From Nematocida ausubeli (taxonomy: Eukaryota), in NCBI RefSeq assembly GCF_000738915.1, contig NW_026515635.1, forward strand, positions 186,001 to 250,000: a stretch of 64,000 bases of DNA, written 5' to 3'. The notes beneath the pieces were generated by a model that did no database searches, was not told the origin of the DNA, and worked only from the letters and a program-made list of their open reading frames with translations. Each line of letters opens with the position of its first letter. The first letter of the stretch is position 1. Positions 44,223 to 55,221 of this stretch are shown here, one piece after another. The position numbers and the translations under genes were made by a program.

Positions 44223-46295
44223 TTAAGATTGGAAGAATCTTTTAAAGTTGCCCGAGGAATACGAAGGATATTGTCTCTTGACAGGATAAGAAGTGTTTTC
44301 TTTAACAAATTCCTCTTCGTTTGGTGTTTTCTTTTGATTTAATACAAATGGAGCAAATGTATCTTTTAGCTTGGTCTTATCCATTATCATATTAACGCTA
44401 GCAATGGCCCACTTTGAGATTTTTAGCGACCGCACTGCAGAGCGATATCTTGAGTCAAGCATAAAAATTGAACCCCAATCATTCTTGTGCCGAATACATC
44501 TTCCAAGAGCCTGGTTTACTGCACGAAATGCCTGCTGCTCATACCACTTGCTTCCGGTGCTGCTAAGATACCGATCGTTGTACTGCTTCTTAAGAATAAC
44601 AGAGTGGTTTCTAATGTTTGGGTATGGAATGCCTACCAAAATAACAGCGCGCGACTCGTGGTCTCTGAAGTTAATGCCTTCACTTGCCTTTCCTCTAAAC
44701 ACACAGAGGAATATGCACTTTCCCATTTTACAATACCTTCTGTATTGCTCTAGCTCATACTCAAATTTGCTATTGTTTTTATTCTCAACAAATAGCTTTA
44801 CATGTTTTTCTAGCTTCCGTTCGAGAAGTGTAAGCATGTTGTAGCTTGGCACAAAGCAGAGCACGCCTCCAACCTTTTCCAGCGAGTGCGCTATATCCAC
44901 AATGCTGCTCACCAGTGTTGAAATATAATCTGGATGCTTTGATCCTTGGTAGGTTCCTAATATAGGCACTGAGTTGTATTGTGAAACTTCTGCGGTGTAC
45001 AGCTGGCTTTGCGATATGATGTGGTCTGCGCTTAGGAAGTGCTTAAAACTGTTCTTTTTTGTGGTAAGCTCAGTTACCAGCTCCTGGAACGGCTCCAGTG
45101 TACCTGATAGCAAGATGACAGACCGTGCCTTTTCATAAATAGGGTCAAATATAGCTGCTGCATGCAGAAGAAGGAAGGATATCTTGTCACTTGACACAAC
45201 CATCCCGTACTTATTCTCTCCATTGTTCATTATGTATTTTAAAACATCTTTTATCTGAGTTATCCATTGGAAGAAGTAATCATCCGGTATCATGTCCTTA
45301 AATAGAAGCTCAATTGATGAAAAAGTATCGTCGATCGTTAATTTGCTTATTCCCATCTTTTCCAGCGTACTTATCATTTCCTTTGACGGAATTGACATTT
45401 CTCTCTGGTTGTCGCTGTTTATTACGCACTGGCCAGGATCTAGTTTATTCAGAACATCAGTGGTCTCTTCTAGATAATTCATAATCTTTTTAACAAACTT
45501 CCCTGTTTCCATCATTGAGTTCGCTACCTCAGGGGATTCCATACCACTTCCTGTGCCTAATCTTGATATTAGCGAAACCAAATCCGCTCTTTTTATATCA
45601 ACTGAGCCAGTTGACCGACACACATCATCTATATTGTGTGCCTCATCAACTATCAGTACACTTCCAGTCAAATCTATCTTTAGAGCTGTGGATATTCTTT
45701 CGCTTACAATGTAGTTGTATGGGGAAAAGATAATCGTGGCCTTTTCCTGCCTCTCCCGTGTGTAGTAGAATGGGCATGAGTTGCACTCGCCACCAGCACT
45801 AACCAAGTCCTCAATTGAGAAGACTCCTGGAAGCGATATGTTGCGATCTCGTTCCTGCTCTTTCTCGTTAGGTGTTCTGTAGTACTTGCACCTGCCCTCC
45901 TTATTTGGATCTTTATTCTTTTTCTTGCATGCGCTATCTATATCATTGCTCTTGCTAACCTCGCTGTTAAGACATAAGTGCCTTCTGGAGGCAAGCAGGT
46001 TCATTATAGGCGCATTCTTCATCTTTTTTAGATGGGCTATAAGCTGGCTTGCCTGCTTTATTGTGCGCGTGGTAACATATATCTGTCCGCCTTCTAACTT
46101 CTCTGGATTTTTATTCACCCAGGCTACAACGGCCTCTAAAATGCTCAGAGTTTTACCTGTGCCTGTCGGGCTTTCTATCATGCCAGACTCTCCGTTGTCC
46201 AAGCAGGTTAGAATTGTTTCAATTGACTTTCTCTGAGGCTCATACAATTCGTACTCAGTATTAATTGTATAGTTCTTTATGGTCTCACTATGCAT
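44223..46295 (-). CDS. XPD-family Fe-S DNA helicase (FANCJ/RTEL1-like)
   Basis: Q motif YEPQ, ESPTGTGKT, LASRRHLCLN and CPFY Fe-S cysteines, DEAHN, SGTL, RGKASEGINF and NQALGRCIRHKNDWG. The real start is probably ATG 46295; the upstream ORF extension overlaps the divergent gene. Confidence 0.9.
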   Translation of the reverse strand: MHSETIKNYTINTEYELYEPQRKSIETILTCLDNGESGMIESPTGTGKTLSILEAVVAWVNKNPEKLEGGQIYVTTRTIKQASQLIAHLKKMKNAPIMNLLASRRHLCLNSEVSKSNDIDSACKKKNKDPNKEGRCKYYRTPNEKEQERDRNISLPGVFSIEDLVSAGGECNSCPFYYTRERQEKATIIFSPYNYIVSERISTALKIDLTGSVLIVDEAHNIDDVCRSTGSVDIKRADLVSLISRLGTGSGMESPEVANSMMETGKFVKKIMNYLEETTDVLNKLDPGQCVINSDNQREMSIPSKEMISTLEKMGISKLTIDDTFSSIELLFKDMIPDDYFFQWITQIKDVLKYIMNNGENKYGMVVSSDKISFLLLHAAAIFDPIYEKARSVILLSGTLEPFQELVTELTTKKNSFKHFLSADHIISQSQLYTAEVSQYNSVPILGTYQGSKHPDYISTLVSSIVDIAHSLEKVGGVLCFVPSYNMLTLLERKLEKHVKLFVENKNNSKFEYELEQYRRYCKMGKCIFLCVFRGKASEGINFRDHESRAVILVGIPYPNIRNHSVILKKQYNDRYLSSTGSKWYEQQAFRAVNQALGRCIRHKNDWGSIFMLDSRYRSAVRSLKISKWAIASVNMIMDKTKLKDTFAPFVLNQKKTPNEEEFVKENTSYPVKRQYPSYSSGNFKRFFQS

Positions 46296-46309
46296 AAAAA
46301 ATAATTGCA

Positions 46310-47083
46310 ATGTTCGATGATATTCTTGAGTACATAAAAAGACCAGTTGAGGAGAAGAACTCCCCCTCCAAGAAACAAAAAAAGGAAGAGAAGTCAGAGC
46401 CTGCAGAAGAAGCGCTTTCTGCAGAAGACTCGGCATTTAACATCTTTGAGTATTTCGATGACAGATATCGGAAAGGCAAAGATCCACAGAAGAGGGAGCC
46501 AGAAATTAGAAAACCCACAGGAGTAGATCAATGTGATGCAGAGAATATTTCCTCTAGTGAACTCTGTATGGATGATCTTGCCATCTCATCTGAGTATAGG
46601 CAGCCTACTAAAGAGCCAGCTCCTCTAGAGGCAATAGAAATACCTGCAATCGTTAAAAGGCCTCACTTTCCAGACATAAACATTTCACAACCAGACAACA
46701 CATCGTATCTGTGCACACAGACCCCTATAACCAGCATAGAGGCAAAGATAGCCATGGCAAAGCAGCAGAGCCCAGACACTAACTATGTTATGCTCAAGGA
46801 AATACGAAATACAGAGGCTTTAAAAATAAACGGCACAGTGCTTGGGTATGTTATAAGACATTCTGCGCCATACGAAGCAGGAAACATTCTTATAACAGAT
46901 GGAGTGGATGAAATGCCGTGTGCTGTTTGCCCGCAGGTGCTAGAGAAGTACAAACTAGAGAAAGACTCAATTGTTCTATTGGACTCTCCATCTGTGTGGA
47001 GAGTGCCTTACACAGACAATGCATGCGTGCTGAACATTGTCACAAGGAATGTAATTTCAGTGCAAGCAATGCAAAGAATATAG
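46310..47083 (+). CDS. HROB/MCM8IP (DUF4539)-like OB-fold protein
   Basis: The C-terminus ITDGVDEMPCAV..KDSIVLLDSPSVW..VLNIVTRNVISV resembles the HROB OB fold (FKDPTGEMQGTV..PGSVLLLKQIGVF..YLNVTPNNLVHI, recalled from memory). The N-terminus looks disordered. Confidence 0.65.
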   Translation: MFDDILEYIKRPVEEKNSPSKKQKKEEKSEPAEEALSAEDSAFNIFEYFDDRYRKGKDPQKREPEIRKPTGVDQCDAENISSSELCMDDLAISSEYRQPTKEPAPLEAIEIPAIVKRPHFPDINISQPDNTSYLCTQTPITSIEAKIAMAKQQSPDTNYVMLKEIRNTEALKINGTVLGYVIRHSAPYEAGNILITDGVDEMPCAVCPQVLEKYKLEKDSIVLLDSPSVWRVPYTDNACVLNIVTRNVISVQAMQRI

Positions 47084-47576
47084 TGTAAAAAGAATTGCAG
47101 CTGCATAAAAGAGATTTCTATATGTTTTCACTAGATTCCTGCGTGCTTTTGCTGTGCCAGAGAAGGAAATAGAGCAAAAGGGCTCTTGCACATTGACTGA
47201 TATAATTATAGCAGTCTTTAATAAAAAAATAGCGCCATAGCAGTAGCATTGTTTGAATTGAAAGCATATTTATTTTAGTATTACTTTTGGCTATTCTGCA
47301 TAGCACATAGAAAGTAGTGTTCTTTTGCATTTTTCAAGAGCACGTATGTCTAAGCTTTAGTTTCTACAGCTAGTTGTGAATGTCATAATAAAACTAGCAA
47401 ATTTGCAGCAAGCTCAAGCTCTTTAGGATAACAAGTTACCACAAGAATATCCACCCTATTCAATTGCATAGCATACTGTAATTGCATACTGCTATCTAGC
47501 ATAGGCAGTGCATAGTGTTTGAAGGGCTAAAGAATCTCACATTGTGCATCTATGGAAAAGGCCCACATTTCAGTAA

Positions 47577-50084
47577 TTATGACTCCCTTATCTGCAGTGG
47601 CCTAGAAGTACTATTACATTCACTCGATGTAGAGGGCTGTTCTCTATTCAGAATGCCCATTATTATAGCAGCTAAGTTCGAGCTATTCAATATATTACTG
47701 CATTCTTCTGGAGTATAGGAGTGGACGCTTACTGCGTACTCTAGTATGCATTTTAAACCTTCTCTGTTTTTAGTGTCAGCAATATGGCGGAAGATTTCTT
47801 GAATTTCATCTTTTTGCGCAGAGCCCGCATAATATTCTTCCTCTTCTATCTTGATATTTGGGTAGAAGCCCTTCTCTATTCCTTTGCTGCAGATGATTCT
47901 CTGCAGTATATGCTGCATATATCTTCTGTCTGCGCTAAATAGGCTTGCTACCAAGTTCGAAATAAATCTTACTCTCGGGCTGTTTCTATCCGTGCATTTA
48001 ATTAAGCAGTACACTATTGCATTGGTAATAAGCACATCTTTGCACTCTATTGTCTTAATTGGCCCAAGCAAGAACAGTCTGTTTGTATTATGAGAGTAGT
48101 TTACCCCAATTTCTCCGTTGAGTTTTCTATTAATGTCCATCACACAGGATGAATTCAGACGTGAGCCATTTTTGATGTATTCTGCGTACTTTACCAGAAG
48201 GCAGTGAAAGAAGCATTTCTTTTTCGTAAACAGTGTATTAATATCAGATCTGTTAATTATTTCTTTCACACTATCGCCTGCAAAATAAATAACTGTAGCA
48301 TTTTGACTTATATCCAAAGTTACTATTATCTTCTTCTTATTTTCCATGTACGAAAAGAACACCTTCCCAAACAAGTCAGAAGCACCCTGTGTATTGCTAA
48401 ACTCATCTATTTGCAGACTTTTTACCCTGAAATCTGTTTTGTCATTTTCGAGCAGGTTAAACATTTTGACAAGTTTTCTATTTATCTCTTTCATAGTGTA
48501 TTTCTTGCTACTCTCAGTGCGTATCAACGAATCTGCAATTTTCTCTAGCTCTTTTTTATAATTAGTGTGGGCATTCGTCATATATAAAATGGCTCGTAGC
48601 ATATTCAGTATACCATTATTCATGAGAGACGATGTTGGCTTATAGGATATTCCACCTGTGTTCATACTGCGAAGATAACTCCACCAGCTTTTCATCAGCT
48701 TAGGCGACGGGTATACCTGCCGCGTTATCATTTCTGCCACACTATTTAGTTCTATGCTTTTCTCGCTGCTTGTCCACGAAGCATGTTCGTGCGTGCCTGT
48801 ATTAAAGTTGTATAGGCCTATGTATAGCAGGCCAAGCAAGGCAGTTTCAACTGAACCATTTGTGCCAGGCAGTTTCTCATCAAGCTCTTCTTCTCCTTCC
48901 TTTCTCTTGACTATTGCTTTATTCCTATATAGGCTTAGTTCATACGAGTTATGGAATGGCATAGCTTTTCTTTTGTTGATTTCTAGCTCCATCTCTTCTA
49001 TAGCATCATAGTTGTTTCTGTATTCAGTATTTTCACTATCAAACACAAAACACTCAGAGAATACCTTCTCTAATTTCTGTTTGCTATTAACATCATCGTC
49101 CTCGTCCATTATACGATCAAGAAGTAGCTCATGCACAGCGTTAATGAACTTAATAGCATCTTTTTTCTTTTTTAGGAAAAGAGCAAGATACGCCTGTATT
49201 ATAAAGTGTGGGTGGTTAAGAAAGTATCCATCGTCAAATCTTTCTTTATCTTTTATATCCATTGAGTATTTGGCATCGGCCATTTCGATATTTTTGCTAT
49301 CCATGAGAAAGTCAAGAGTGTCTATACATTTGTTGAATACTTCAAAGCTCTCAAAGTTTTTTTGAAGCTCCAAGAGACTACCTGCCATTTGTACATGGAA
49401 AATACGAGCTCTCAAATTGTTTTTATACAGAGTTAGTGTGGATTCATTTCCATCATAAAAAAGAGGAACCTTCACACCCTCTGTTGACAAAAAAATAGAA
49501 GCCAGAATATAATGCGCATGCTTCTTTAGCTTTTTGCAAGAAAGGAATCGTGTAAACCTGCTTGGGCGCTTATCATCCTCTATAAAGGATGGACTCCTCA
49601 AAGCAAACATATTAACAAGACAGTTGCTAAATTCGGACAAATAGACCTCATCCGTGCTATTATCTGAAATAGGAGAATATGCAGAATCTTTATCTGGGTT
49701 TCTAAATAGCTCATAGTATTGGGGAGATGACACTGGCCGCCCTGGGTGAGTGGAGAGTGTGTAATCACACTGTATTTCCGGGGAGAAACATCTCTTGTTA
49801 TACACATATCCCATCGTATGGTATAAGTACCCCCGCAGTAGATTTAATGGTCCACATGGGTTTATATATGTTTTCTGTTTATAGGCCCTAAAGTCATTGC
49901 TACATTTAATGGGAGTAATAAAAGTATGGTTAATCTTCTCTATTTCCCCAATAGAAAGCTTGCTTTGGACATTTAGTATCAATCCAAATAAAATAATCGC
50001 CATGCACAACTTTAGTTGTTTTGTGTCTACTCTTATCTTAGATTTTTGCATTTTGAAAATAGTTTTTGCACTATATAAATACAT
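47577..50084 (-). CDS. Secreted large-gene-family protein (Nematocida-type)
   Basis: Signal-like segment LCMAIILFGLILNVQS, then INPCGPLNLLRGYLY..YNKRCFSPEI shared with 52534-55221. Confidence 0.85.
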   Translation of the reverse strand: MYLYSAKTIFKMQKSKIRVDTKQLKLCMAIILFGLILNVQSKLSIGEIEKINHTFITPIKCSNDFRAYKQKTYINPCGPLNLLRGYLYHTMGYVYNKRCFSPEIQCDYTLSTHPGRPVSSPQYYELFRNPDKDSAYSPISDNSTDEVYLSEFSNCLVNMFALRSPSFIEDDKRPSRFTRFLSCKKLKKHAHYILASIFLSTEGVKVPLFYDGNESTLTLYKNNLRARIFHVQMAGSLLELQKNFESFEVFNKCIDTLDFLMDSKNIEMADAKYSMDIKDKERFDDGYFLNHPHFIIQAYLALFLKKKKDAIKFINAVHELLLDRIMDEDDDVNSKQKLEKVFSECFVFDSENTEYRNNYDAIEEMELEINKRKAMPFHNSYELSLYRNKAIVKRKEGEEELDEKLPGTNGSVETALLGLLYIGLYNFNTGTHEHASWTSSEKSIELNSVAEMITRQVYPSPKLMKSWWSYLRSMNTGGISYKPTSSLMNNGILNMLRAILYMTNAHTNYKKELEKIADSLIRTESSKKYTMKEINRKLVKMFNLLENDKTDFRVKSLQIDEFSNTQGASDLFGKVFFSYMENKKKIIVTLDISQNATVIYFAGDSVKEIINRSDINTLFTKKKCFFHCLLVKYAEYIKNGSRLNSSCVMDINRKLNGEIGVNYSHNTNRLFLLGPIKTIECKDVLITNAIVYCLIKCTDRNSPRVRFISNLVASLFSADRRYMQHILQRIICSKGIEKGFYPNIKIEEEEYYAGSAQKDEIQEIFRHIADTKNREGLKCILEYAVSVHSYTPEECSNILNSSNLAAIIMGILNREQPSTSSECNSTSRPLQIRES

Positions 50085-50941
50085 TATTATTATATTAGCA
50101 TGGGCTAGTGTATTAATTAATTTGATATAAAGACAAAATTATTAAAAAATACTAGCAGAGAGAATTGGCTGTAAACCACAACTCGCAGGCCCACTTGAAG
50201 TAGCTCGATTAGTGCCTGAACCATCTTGATTAAGGAGAGTACGCCACTTTTATGTGTTTTACTACTGGTTAATGGCTTTAAATTTAAAACATTTTGGAAT
50301 TTATTATTCTCTTGTAGTTTTACAAGCTAAGTTTTTCTTCTTGAAATATTACACTTGGCCATAATAATGCAAATAAAATTTATTTTTTGTCCTCTACCTA
50401 TAGACATTCTCCAAGGTGATACTAGATCTAGATATAAAGCTTCTGGAAGTTTCAGAAGATGTGTCTTATGCTATTTTCTGGTGATGATTAAAACTATCCG
50501 CTCAAGAATGAATAAAAGGTAAAAACTATAAGCCTCCCAAGATGACTTGCGCATAAAAGTACAGCTACAGAGATATAGTAGAGGCCTTGCCAAAATTATT
50601 TAGTACAAAAAGAATACATCATTAAGAGGGCTATCTATTCTTTAATTATATATAGCATTTCAATCCAAATATTGAATTGTGCACAACTAACATCCTGCTA
50701 TGTGCTGCCGAAAGCTAGAGCAATGCCCTGCTTCACCTATAGTTGGATAAGTTTTTCATCTAGAAATACTGGAGCTAAACTATATCCTATAGAGGGCACT
50801 CTACTTTTATTCGAATTATATCCATTTGCTTAGCAAGATTTAGATATAAATTAGCTTTCTATACTAGATAGAATAGATGCCAATGCATTATTCCGTGTGC
50901 GTATGGCATATAAAATTGCATGGCCCCTACCCAATATAACT

Positions 50942-51775
50942 TTAAAAGTCTGCAATAATGGGCTCCAGATAATATTGATTTTGCAATAAAATATTAACTT
51001 CTCTTGTGATACATGCATATCCCAATACTAATATAAGAAGTATACACGTGAAATGAAGGTCTATCCAAACAAGTTTCTCCATTTTTCCCATTCTAAAATT
51101 CATGGTAAACATATTTTTCCACATAAAAACCCCTATCAGTATAAGAATTAAGATGGGGTAACCGAATATGTATATAAACTCGTTACTTTCAATGTCTGTA
51201 CTGTTTTTCATAAATACTTTAATAATATTTATGGTATCACGCCCTGCTAGGGAATTAATAGTAACACCTAGCAAAGAAACCATTATAACAGAAATGGTAC
51301 CATATCTTGAATGTACTAAAACAGGATTTAATATTCTACACATCGATCTTAAGCAGATAAAAAGAGGCAGTATAGTATATAGCCAGGCAAACACAATAGT
51401 TACTGCCTTAAAAGTCCCTGTGTTCACACTCGGCATCAAGTAACTAGGATGTCCCATGGCTATTATATAAAGGTTTCTGCATATGACTAAAACGATATAT
51501 GTCTTAATATTTAAGAGCAGCTTAATATTAAACAGTGTAATGCTGTAAAACCCGAAGTATATGATAGCCTTTAGATTGCTAAAAAATGAATTTTCTCTTT
51601 CTCTTTCTTCGCTCACAAGCAGCCGCCAAATATAGTCAAAATACTCATCCGTAATAATACGGCCAGAGTTATTTGTTTTCTCAATCCAAATATTACCCAA
51701 ACCACAAGCAGACTCATCAAGCATATCCAAAAGCACTATCTTACTTGTTTTACGTTTTATATAATCGTTCTCCAT
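50942..51775 (-). CDS. Hypothetical multi-pass membrane protein
   Basis: 277-aa ORF with about 6 hydrophobic segments. Confidence 0.65.
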   Translation of the reverse strand: MENDYIKRKTSKIVLLDMLDESACGLGNIWIEKTNNSGRIITDEYFDYIWRLLVSEERERENSFFSNLKAIIYFGFYSITLFNIKLLLNIKTYIVLVICRNLYIIAMGHPSYLMPSVNTGTFKAVTIVFAWLYTILPLFICLRSMCRILNPVLVHSRYGTISVIMVSLLGVTINSLAGRDTINIIKVFMKNSTDIESNEFIYIFGYPILILILIGVFMWKNMFTMNFRMGKMEKLVWIDLHFTCILLILVLGYACITREVNILLQNQYYLEPIIADF

Positions 51776-52533
51776 AATAACTTTTTAAAAGATATGAAAA
51801 TTATAAATATGCCCAGTTTAATCTATGTCTTGCTTAAAACCAAAAACACGCATATTTTAAATAGATATTCCAGTGGGCGCTGGTTTCTCTGCCCTGTTGG
51901 CGCACAAACATTTTCTTGTTCTTCCATGTAGACTGATGTTGGTTTTTAGATTATCGAGCTTTGACTCTAGACTAATGGGCCACGAACAGCTTTGCTTGTA
52001 TACACAGATCTATTTTATGGCTTAGTCTGTTAGCCTAAACTCTAAAGGTTATAATAAGTTAGTCTATGATTTCAGAAAAGAAAGCTATATATATTTAAAG
52101 TGCTTGCCGGCTTGCACTATGGTTTTCGGCACTATATGAAAATTATAAGCACTCTAACAAGAGAATTTTTTCTAGAACTCCAAAAATAGAAAAACAGCTT
52201 TATACTTACAAGAGAGTGTTAAGTGCTGCATACAATAAAAATAAATAAAACTCTGTTCTTCATACTTAGTATGAAACTATTACAAGAATCTGCAGGCATG
52301 TATAAATAGCACTCTACTGAACATGGCTCACTGTACTTTAGACAAAAACCCCCCTTAAATTAAACATCATACCTCTTTGAATGCACTAATAGTTTAAACA
52401 TGCAAATACACGTTATATTGAGCAATTTTAAGTGAAATATATTGATCAAAAATCAAGCAACCAATATAAATACCTTACAACTTTCCTTTAGTTTACCCGT
52501 TACTATATATTGAAAATTGATTTATTTTATTTA

Positions 52534-55221
52534 ATGAAAACGCGTTATTCTGTTATTTGGATCAAGGCAGTTGCCTTAATTAGTGTTCTACTGATGAATG
52601 TATGCAGAGCAGATCTATCCCTAAGCGAAGTAGAGTCAACTCTGAATTTTGAAATTGCAACAAGTGGGTCACCAGTAAAGATAAACCCAGAGGGACCTCT
52701 CAACTTCCTCAGGGGATACATCTACCAGAAAATGGAGTGCATGTACAACAAAAGATTCTTTTCACCAGAAATTAATACATATTACTTTGTAAAGGAAGAC
52801 ATAACAGCAACACAGGCTGAGCCTATCTATAAATACAATCGAACCCAACAAAAGGACAAAGCATATACAGCACTACCAGAGAATAAAATGGATGTGTATG
52901 CCGAAAGGTACCATAATCATCTTATTGACTTGTTTCCATCACCCACTGGTGACGTAACCCTAGAGACACGAGGAAACCAGTCCTTTGTTCAGTTCCTTCG
53001 GGCAGAGACCACAGAGAAGCACTCTTTGCAGATTCTAGCCATGCTGCTGCTTTTCTCAGAGGGAGTGAGCATTCCCATTGACTTCAACAACAAGAAACTG
53101 AATGTGTATGAAAAAGACAAAAAAGACAAAATACACTTTGAAGTGGAGATGGTAATCCCGTGGTTTAATAGAGAAGAAAATGAAACAAAAAGATTTGAAC
53201 AAAAGAAAGTTAAACAAATGATCAAATTCTTCCAGGAGTATGCAATCGATCCGGAAGTACTTAGCTTGATGGAGGAAAAGTGCTCACAAGAGGAGATTGC
53301 TACAGGAACGTTTCTGGACAGTCCTAAGTTTCTGATTCAGTCATATATATTTGGGTTCATTGACACCGCAGAACGTGCAACTGAGTTTATTCAGACTGTG
53401 CATGAAATGACAGAAAAATATGCTCCAAAGACAGAAGCACAAAGCAAGAATGACTCGGTATATGGCAGGCTGTTTAAACCAGCTAGGACTATAACAGGCA
53501 CAGATTGCATTGCCTTAATGAAGAAAACTCAAGAGATCTTGAGTATGCACCAAACCTTTCCATTTACAAATAGCAAGCAGCTTCCCGCATATAAATCTAT
53601 TCATTATTACAATCGAGAAACTAATGCTTTTTCCACTAAATACTTAGAAACATACAGTAACTGTGTTGAGTGTGTGATCCTCTCTCTTTTCTGCTGCCTG
53701 GCATATGATCCAGTAGAGGGAATTTATGAGACAGACCATATGGGGAATGTCTCTCCTAGTCTGAAAGAATTCTTCTCTCCAAAGAACCAGCCATTTGACA
53801 TGACGAAAGTTGAGTTCCAGAGAAACTGGTGCAGAGTCGTTGCAGACCTAGGTGAGTCTAGAATTGCATACTGCAAGGAAAGGAACGAGATAGACTGTGG
53901 TATTCTGAATATGCTCATAGTTATTGCAGAGGTAGTAGAAGTACCAGAAGAGGAAAAGAAGAAAATACTTGGCTTTGCACAGAGCTTAAAGGAACAGAAA
54001 GGAGTACTAAAAAATGAATTATCCAATGCTATTCAAGAGTACACAAATGCACTACTTACGCGCCTATCCAAGACAAAAAGTTTAATAGTAGAACTTTCTG
54101 ATCTTAAAGGTGATAAATATGCTAATGAACGATATGATATATCGGGTGACATTAGTATAACATTTGAGAACAACACAATTAAGAATACAATAGTGTTAAC
54201 TACTGCCCCTAGGCATAGTTTTATTAAGATGCCGCCTGTTATTACGAAGGTAAGCAATTTCCAAATGGAGAAAATGAATGAAATAGCAGACAGCTGTAAA
54301 AATGAGACAGTATTTATTGAAAATCTGTTTGTTTTATATGTTGACTATGAAATACGAAAAATTAACACTTCTGAGGAGAATGAAGAGTTTTTGAAGGATG
54401 AAGTGCAGATCACCATTAAAAACAACTTCACGGACATCAATAGGCTGCTGTTAGTTAATAACATCAGTGAGTTGTCCTACAAGAGTCTCTTAGTTACCTT
54501 TTCTATTATATATACTATGAATCAAAACCTATGTCCATCGCATCCTCTTATTCGCCTTACCTCTAACATACTCGGAAGCACAGAACTAAGCAATATAGAA
54601 ATTCAGAAGGAAATGCTTCCACCAATTGTATTTGCAGGCCTGCATAATAAAAGCGATAGTAATTCCAACTACCCAAATATAAAACTTTCAGAGAACCAAT
54701 ATAACCAGGTGGCCTCCAGTTCATTTGCCGCTCTCTTCATTGATTATATACTAGATTGTGATATGGCTGTTTTCATAAAATGGATTAAATTCTATATAGA
54801 TAATTTGTACGCCCAGCGCGACATGAATTATAATCCATTGCTAGACCCTTCAATGAATATAATGATTTGTCAATATATATTCAAAGATGGAACTATGAAG
54901 CACTCTGACACAATTGATGGGTTTATGATCCAAAAACATGCTAAAAAGGAAGATGAGGCGCTAAGCATCATACACTTCATATGGGCTACATATCTTTGTG
55001 TTGAGAAACGCCCAAACATAGAGCTCATTAAGAAAAACTTAGATGCTATTCGAGAAAATAGCTTTATTTCAAGTGAGTGTACTAATTATATTGAAAGCCG
55101 TGCTATAATCAAGCGGGCTATTAAAAAACTCAATAATATGAAGGATAAGCTATACATAAATGAAGATTTTGTTAGCAAGTTTAGCTGGTTTATAAAAACA
55201 CTTACTTCTATCACCTCATGA
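52534..55221 (+). CDS. Secreted large-gene-family protein (Nematocida-type)
   Basis: Signal peptide (AVALISVLLMNVCRA), INPEGPLNFLRGYIY..YNKRFFSPEI, LLLFSEGV and NCVECVILSLFCCLAYDP. First ATG at 52534. Confidence 0.88.
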   Translation: MKTRYSVIWIKAVALISVLLMNVCRADLSLSEVESTLNFEIATSGSPVKINPEGPLNFLRGYIYQKMECMYNKRFFSPEINTYYFVKEDITATQAEPIYKYNRTQQKDKAYTALPENKMDVYAERYHNHLIDLFPSPTGDVTLETRGNQSFVQFLRAETTEKHSLQILAMLLLFSEGVSIPIDFNNKKLNVYEKDKKDKIHFEVEMVIPWFNREENETKRFEQKKVKQMIKFFQEYAIDPEVLSLMEEKCSQEEIATGTFLDSPKFLIQSYIFGFIDTAERATEFIQTVHEMTEKYAPKTEAQSKNDSVYGRLFKPARTITGTDCIALMKKTQEILSMHQTFPFTNSKQLPAYKSIHYYNRETNAFSTKYLETYSNCVECVILSLFCCLAYDPVEGIYETDHMGNVSPSLKEFFSPKNQPFDMTKVEFQRNWCRVVADLGESRIAYCKERNEIDCGILNMLIVIAEVVEVPEEEKKKILGFAQSLKEQKGVLKNELSNAIQEYTNALLTRLSKTKSLIVELSDLKGDKYANERYDISGDISITFENNTIKNTIVLTTAPRHSFIKMPPVITKVSNFQMEKMNEIADSCKNETVFIENLFVLYVDYEIRKINTSEENEEFLKDEVQITIKNNFTDINRLLLVNNISELSYKSLLVTFSIIYTMNQNLCPSHPLIRLTSNILGSTELSNIEIQKEMLPPIVFAGLHNKSDSNSNYPNIKLSENQYNQVASSSFAALFIDYILDCDMAVFIKWIKFYIDNLYAQRDMNYNPLLDPSMNIMICQYIFKDGTMKHSDTIDGFMIQKHAKKEDEALSIIHFIWATYLCVEKRPNIELIKKNLDAIRENSFISSECTNYIESRAIIKRAIKKLNNMKDKLYINEDFVSKFSWFIKTLTSITS

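Noticed and set aside
46296..46436. N-terminal extension of the helicase ORF
   Set aside because: It is antisense to the HROB-like gene. Helicase homology and the T-tract context begin at ATG 46295.
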